Assembly (NCBI GenBank): GCA_020723305.1
Contig: DYJC01000016.1
Coordinates: 2,650-66,649, forward strand
Direction: 5' to 3'
Length of the DNA: 64,000 nucleotides
Origin: Desulfosudis oleivorans
GTDB taxonomy: Bacteria > Desulfobacterota > Desulfobacteria > Desulfobacterales > SURF-7
Shown: positions 61,758 to 64,000 of the stretch, one piece after another
Layout: each line of letters starts with the position of its first letter
Position numbering within the stretch: the stretch's first letter is position 1
The notes under the pieces: model-generated
Told to the model about the DNA's origin: nothing
What the model saw: only the letters and a program-made list of their open reading frames with translations
Databases searched by the model: none
Position numbers and translations under genes: made by a program

Positions 61758-64000
61758 ATGATGAAAAAAAAGATGCAAAACATGTTTTTTTGCTATGGTT
61801 CAATAATGCGGACAAAACCGGTTCGATGGTGCCGGTTCCGGACGAATCCGGAAACCGGAGCTGTGCTTCTGGTGCTGGTTGTTCTGATGGTGATGGTCGG
61901 TTTTCTGGGTGCTGCAATGACACACCAGACCGCCATCGGGAGTCTGAGTTCCGTCAGCGGAAACCGTTCACAGCAGGCCTTTTACCTGGCAGAATCCGGA
62001 TACCGGTATGCTGCAGCCAAGATGAAGAAAGGTTCGGATCTGAACACACTTCACGATCATGGTCCTTATGCAATCGGTAATTCCGGAACATTCACGATTC
62101 AGTTTTACCCCTATATTTTTGATGCCGTGAACACGGATGGTGCCGGGACGCTTACAGCCAAAGTGCCGTTTGGAGATGCACCTTCTGTTGCCATGTCTGC
62201 CGGCACAGGTAATTTTTTCTATCTGAAAACCACCAGTCAGACAGAACCGTTCCAGACGATTCTGGTATCGGATGATACCATATCCTTTGTCAAGGATACG
62301 GGATTATGGAACGTGCTTTCTTCCGAAAGAGTCCGGCTTGCGGTCAAAAGCAATGGGGATCCCTTGATAGAGGGAGGGGATCTGAATCTGCAATCAACCA
62401 GTTCTGCCGATGCGTTTCCGCTTCGTCATGGCCGTATTCTGATGGATGGGAAGGTTTATCAGTACAAAATCCGTGAGCCGTTAAAACTCGCAGTTATAAC
62501 CAGAGCGGATGACCAGCCGTGGGAAGCCCCGGCACTGTATAACGGCATGGATGTGATCCTGCTCGATTTCATGGAATTGCATTCAACCGGCAGGATCGGA
62601 AACGGCTCTGCATCTGTCAGCCAAAAGGTTGTCTACAACATCCCGGTTTATGGAACAGATAATGAAGAGTTTCATGATCCTTTTGACGACAAATCCCACT
62701 GGGAAGAGACTTCAACAAAGGGGAGCCATGTGATCGAAACAGTGGCCGGTGACAAGGTGCTGAAGGTTGAGTCAACAACCGTTACCGGTCCGGTAAGCAA
62801 AAGCCAGATCGCCCTTGTGCCATCTACAACCGGTATTGATTTTTCTAAAACCCATCGCATTGCCGGTGATTTCCTGAGTTATGATACCCAGGTAAAAGTC
62901 GGGTTCTCTCCCGATATACCAGTTCATTACATGGCGGGGATCTCTTTTCGTCTGAATGGAACAACAGGGGAACACTTTGGTGTTTCCTTTCAAAAGCCGG
63001 ATTTTTATGATCTATCAGGAGCTATCGATCAGATACCGGATGATCTGGTTCCAGGCCCGATGCAGAATCAGTACGGGATTGTGCTGTGGCAGGAGCTTGC
63101 AGCAGGATGGGACTGGCTTGCCTATAAAAAACTGACGCCTGTGACCCTGTTTCAGGATACTATGGAAGGTGACAGCTCTGCCTGGAGTCAGACCGATACC
63201 TGGGGAAAAACCACCTGGGCGCACGGTTCAGGCCATTCCTTTACAGACAGTGTTTCCGGAAACTATTCCGATAATCAGGAAACAGCTATCATTTCCAGAA
63301 CCCTTGACCTGTCCGGCAGGAAAGAGGTTTCTCTTTCCTTCTACCATTACTACAGCATCGAACCGCCATTGCTCATTTTTGGGGGGTATACGGATTTTGG
63401 AGCGGTTGAGATCTCAAACGATAACGGGACAACCTGGACAGAGCTTGCCCGGTTTGCCAACTGGTATGTTTTTTTTATTGAAATGAGCCAGAACTCCTGG
63501 AAAAAGGAAACGTTTTCAATTCCGGATGCATTCTTGTCCGATCAGATGAAGATCCGGTTCCGTCTGGTGACAGATTACTCCGTGACAAGGGATGGCTGGT
63601 ATATTGATGATGTCCGGCTTGATTCCAACTGGTTCCCGGAAACAGACGCGACTCTGGTTGTGCATCTGGTTGAGGCAGCAGCCATTGAATTCACAAATGG
63701 AATTTTGCCGAAAATTGAAGACAAGGATATCCTGATCAGTCAGGTGAATGGGACAAGAGGTGTTGTTGTGGGAGAGCCGATCGTCAATTCCGGTTCATGG
63801 GCTTCCGGAAACGCTGCCGGGATTATCCGGTTGAACAATCTTTCTGCACCCGTCTTTCCAAACGGGCCGGTTCAAATCATTGGAAAGGGAACCAATCTGG
63901 CCAATGTAACGGGCTTTCGGGCAAGGGATAACTATATTCAGGTGTATTATGGAGACAGGATCGGATACGGCATCCCGAACAGCACTCCGCTTGACAATGA
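61758..64000 (+). CDS. Large PilX_N/GspK-like pilus-associated protein with jelly-roll domain (3' partial, continues beyond window)
   Basis: The frame is open from the stop at 61731-61733 to the window end. It is absent from the ORF track because no stop is reached. ATGs occur at 61758, 61761, 61773, 61782 and 61806. The N-terminus ETGAVLLVLVVLMVMVGFLGAAM...QAFYLAESGYRYA is PilX_N/GspK-like. The region ~63190-63630 (TWAHGSGHSFTDSVSGNYSDNQ...VSLSFYHYY...AVEISNDNGTTWTEL...IRFRLVTDYSVTRDGWYIDDVRL) resembles MAM/InhA-type jelly-roll domains. Confidence 0.7.
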   Translation, partial: MMKKKMQNMFFCYGSIMRTKPVRWCRFRTNPETGAVLLVLVVLMVMVGFLGAAMTHQTAIGSLSSVSGNRSQQAFYLAESGYRYAAAKMKKGSDLNTLHDHGPYAIGNSGTFTIQFYPYIFDAVNTDGAGTLTAKVPFGDAPSVAMSAGTGNFFYLKTTSQTEPFQTILVSDDTISFVKDTGLWNVLSSERVRLAVKSNGDPLIEGGDLNLQSTSSADAFPLRHGRILMDGKVYQYKIREPLKLAVITRADDQPWEAPALYNGMDVILLDFMELHSTGRIGNGSASVSQKVVYNIPVYGTDNEEFHDPFDDKSHWEETSTKGSHVIETVAGDKVLKVESTTVTGPVSKSQIALVPSTTGIDFSKTHRIAGDFLSYDTQVKVGFSPDIPVHYMAGISFRLNGTTGEHFGVSFQKPDFYDLSGAIDQIPDDLVPGPMQNQYGIVLWQELAAGWDWLAYKKLTPVTLFQDTMEGDSSAWSQTDTWGKTTWAHGSGHSFTDSVSGNYSDNQETAIISRTLDLSGRKEVSLSFYHYYSIEPPLLIFGGYTDFGAVEISNDNGTTWTELARFANWYVFFIEMSQNSWKKETFSIPDAFLSDQMKIRFRLVTDYSVTRDGWYIDDVRLDSNWFPETDATLVVHLVEAAAIEFTNGILPKIEDKDILISQVNGTRGVVVGEPIVNSGSWASGNAAGIIRLNNLSAPVFPNGPVQIIGKGTNLANVTGFRARDNYIQVYYGDRIGYGIPNSTPLDN

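Noticed and set aside
61790-62080. 96-aa ORF listed in the track
   Set aside because: It is out of frame with the much longer open frame (61758 to the window end), which has a pilin-like N-terminus and a coherent domain-like sequence.
1-64000. tRNA, rRNA, CRISPR-cas, prophage, toxin-antitoxin or known defence-system genes
   Set aside because: None was recognised. All sizeable non-coding gaps are accounted for by the two repeat families or short promoter regions. This is visual inspection only, with no covariance-model search.

Overview
Bacterial chromosomal window. Gene content and repeat families suggest an anaerobic Desulfobacterota-like organism, but that is inference only. There are three blocks. 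(1) 1-31.8 kb is an AT-rich envelope/protein glycosylation island. It holds three TMTC-like GT-C+TPR transferases, a methyltransferase-GT2 fusion, two tandem secreted PD40-repeat proteins, another membrane+TPR protein and decayed IS256/IS66 copies. It also holds a ~10-kb minus-strand operon for a tailored 4-amino-4,6-dideoxyhexose: WecE-like transaminase, two acetyltransferases, methyltransferase, radical SAM, creatininase-fold hydrolase, WbqC, GtrB/ArnC-like GT2, ArnE/F-like pair, and MBOAT with an SGNH partner. This operon faces a YfhO-type GT-C. (2) 32.4-44.0 kb is a moxR-DUF58-DUF4381-batA-batB-batC-batD-batE operon interrupted by a nucleotidyltransferase-GT2 fusion and a DUF559 endonuclease cassette. 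(3) 44.4-64 kb is an MSHA-like type IV pilus cluster. It has two MshE/GspE ATPases, a PilM-PilN fusion, and a lipoprotein secretin and an ExeA/MshM-like ATPase that share a LysM-like peptidoglycan-binding module. It also has four prepilin-type genes, an antisense TMTC-like transferase and a large PilX-like ORF that runs off the window end. Two interspersed repeat families fill most intergenic gaps of blocks 2-3: a ~140-bp MITE with TGAGCCAATTTCAAAAG termini (9 copies) and a C6/G6 palindromic unit (6 loci). No rRNA, tRNA or CRISPR array was seen. All functional calls rest on motifs read by eye; no searches were run.
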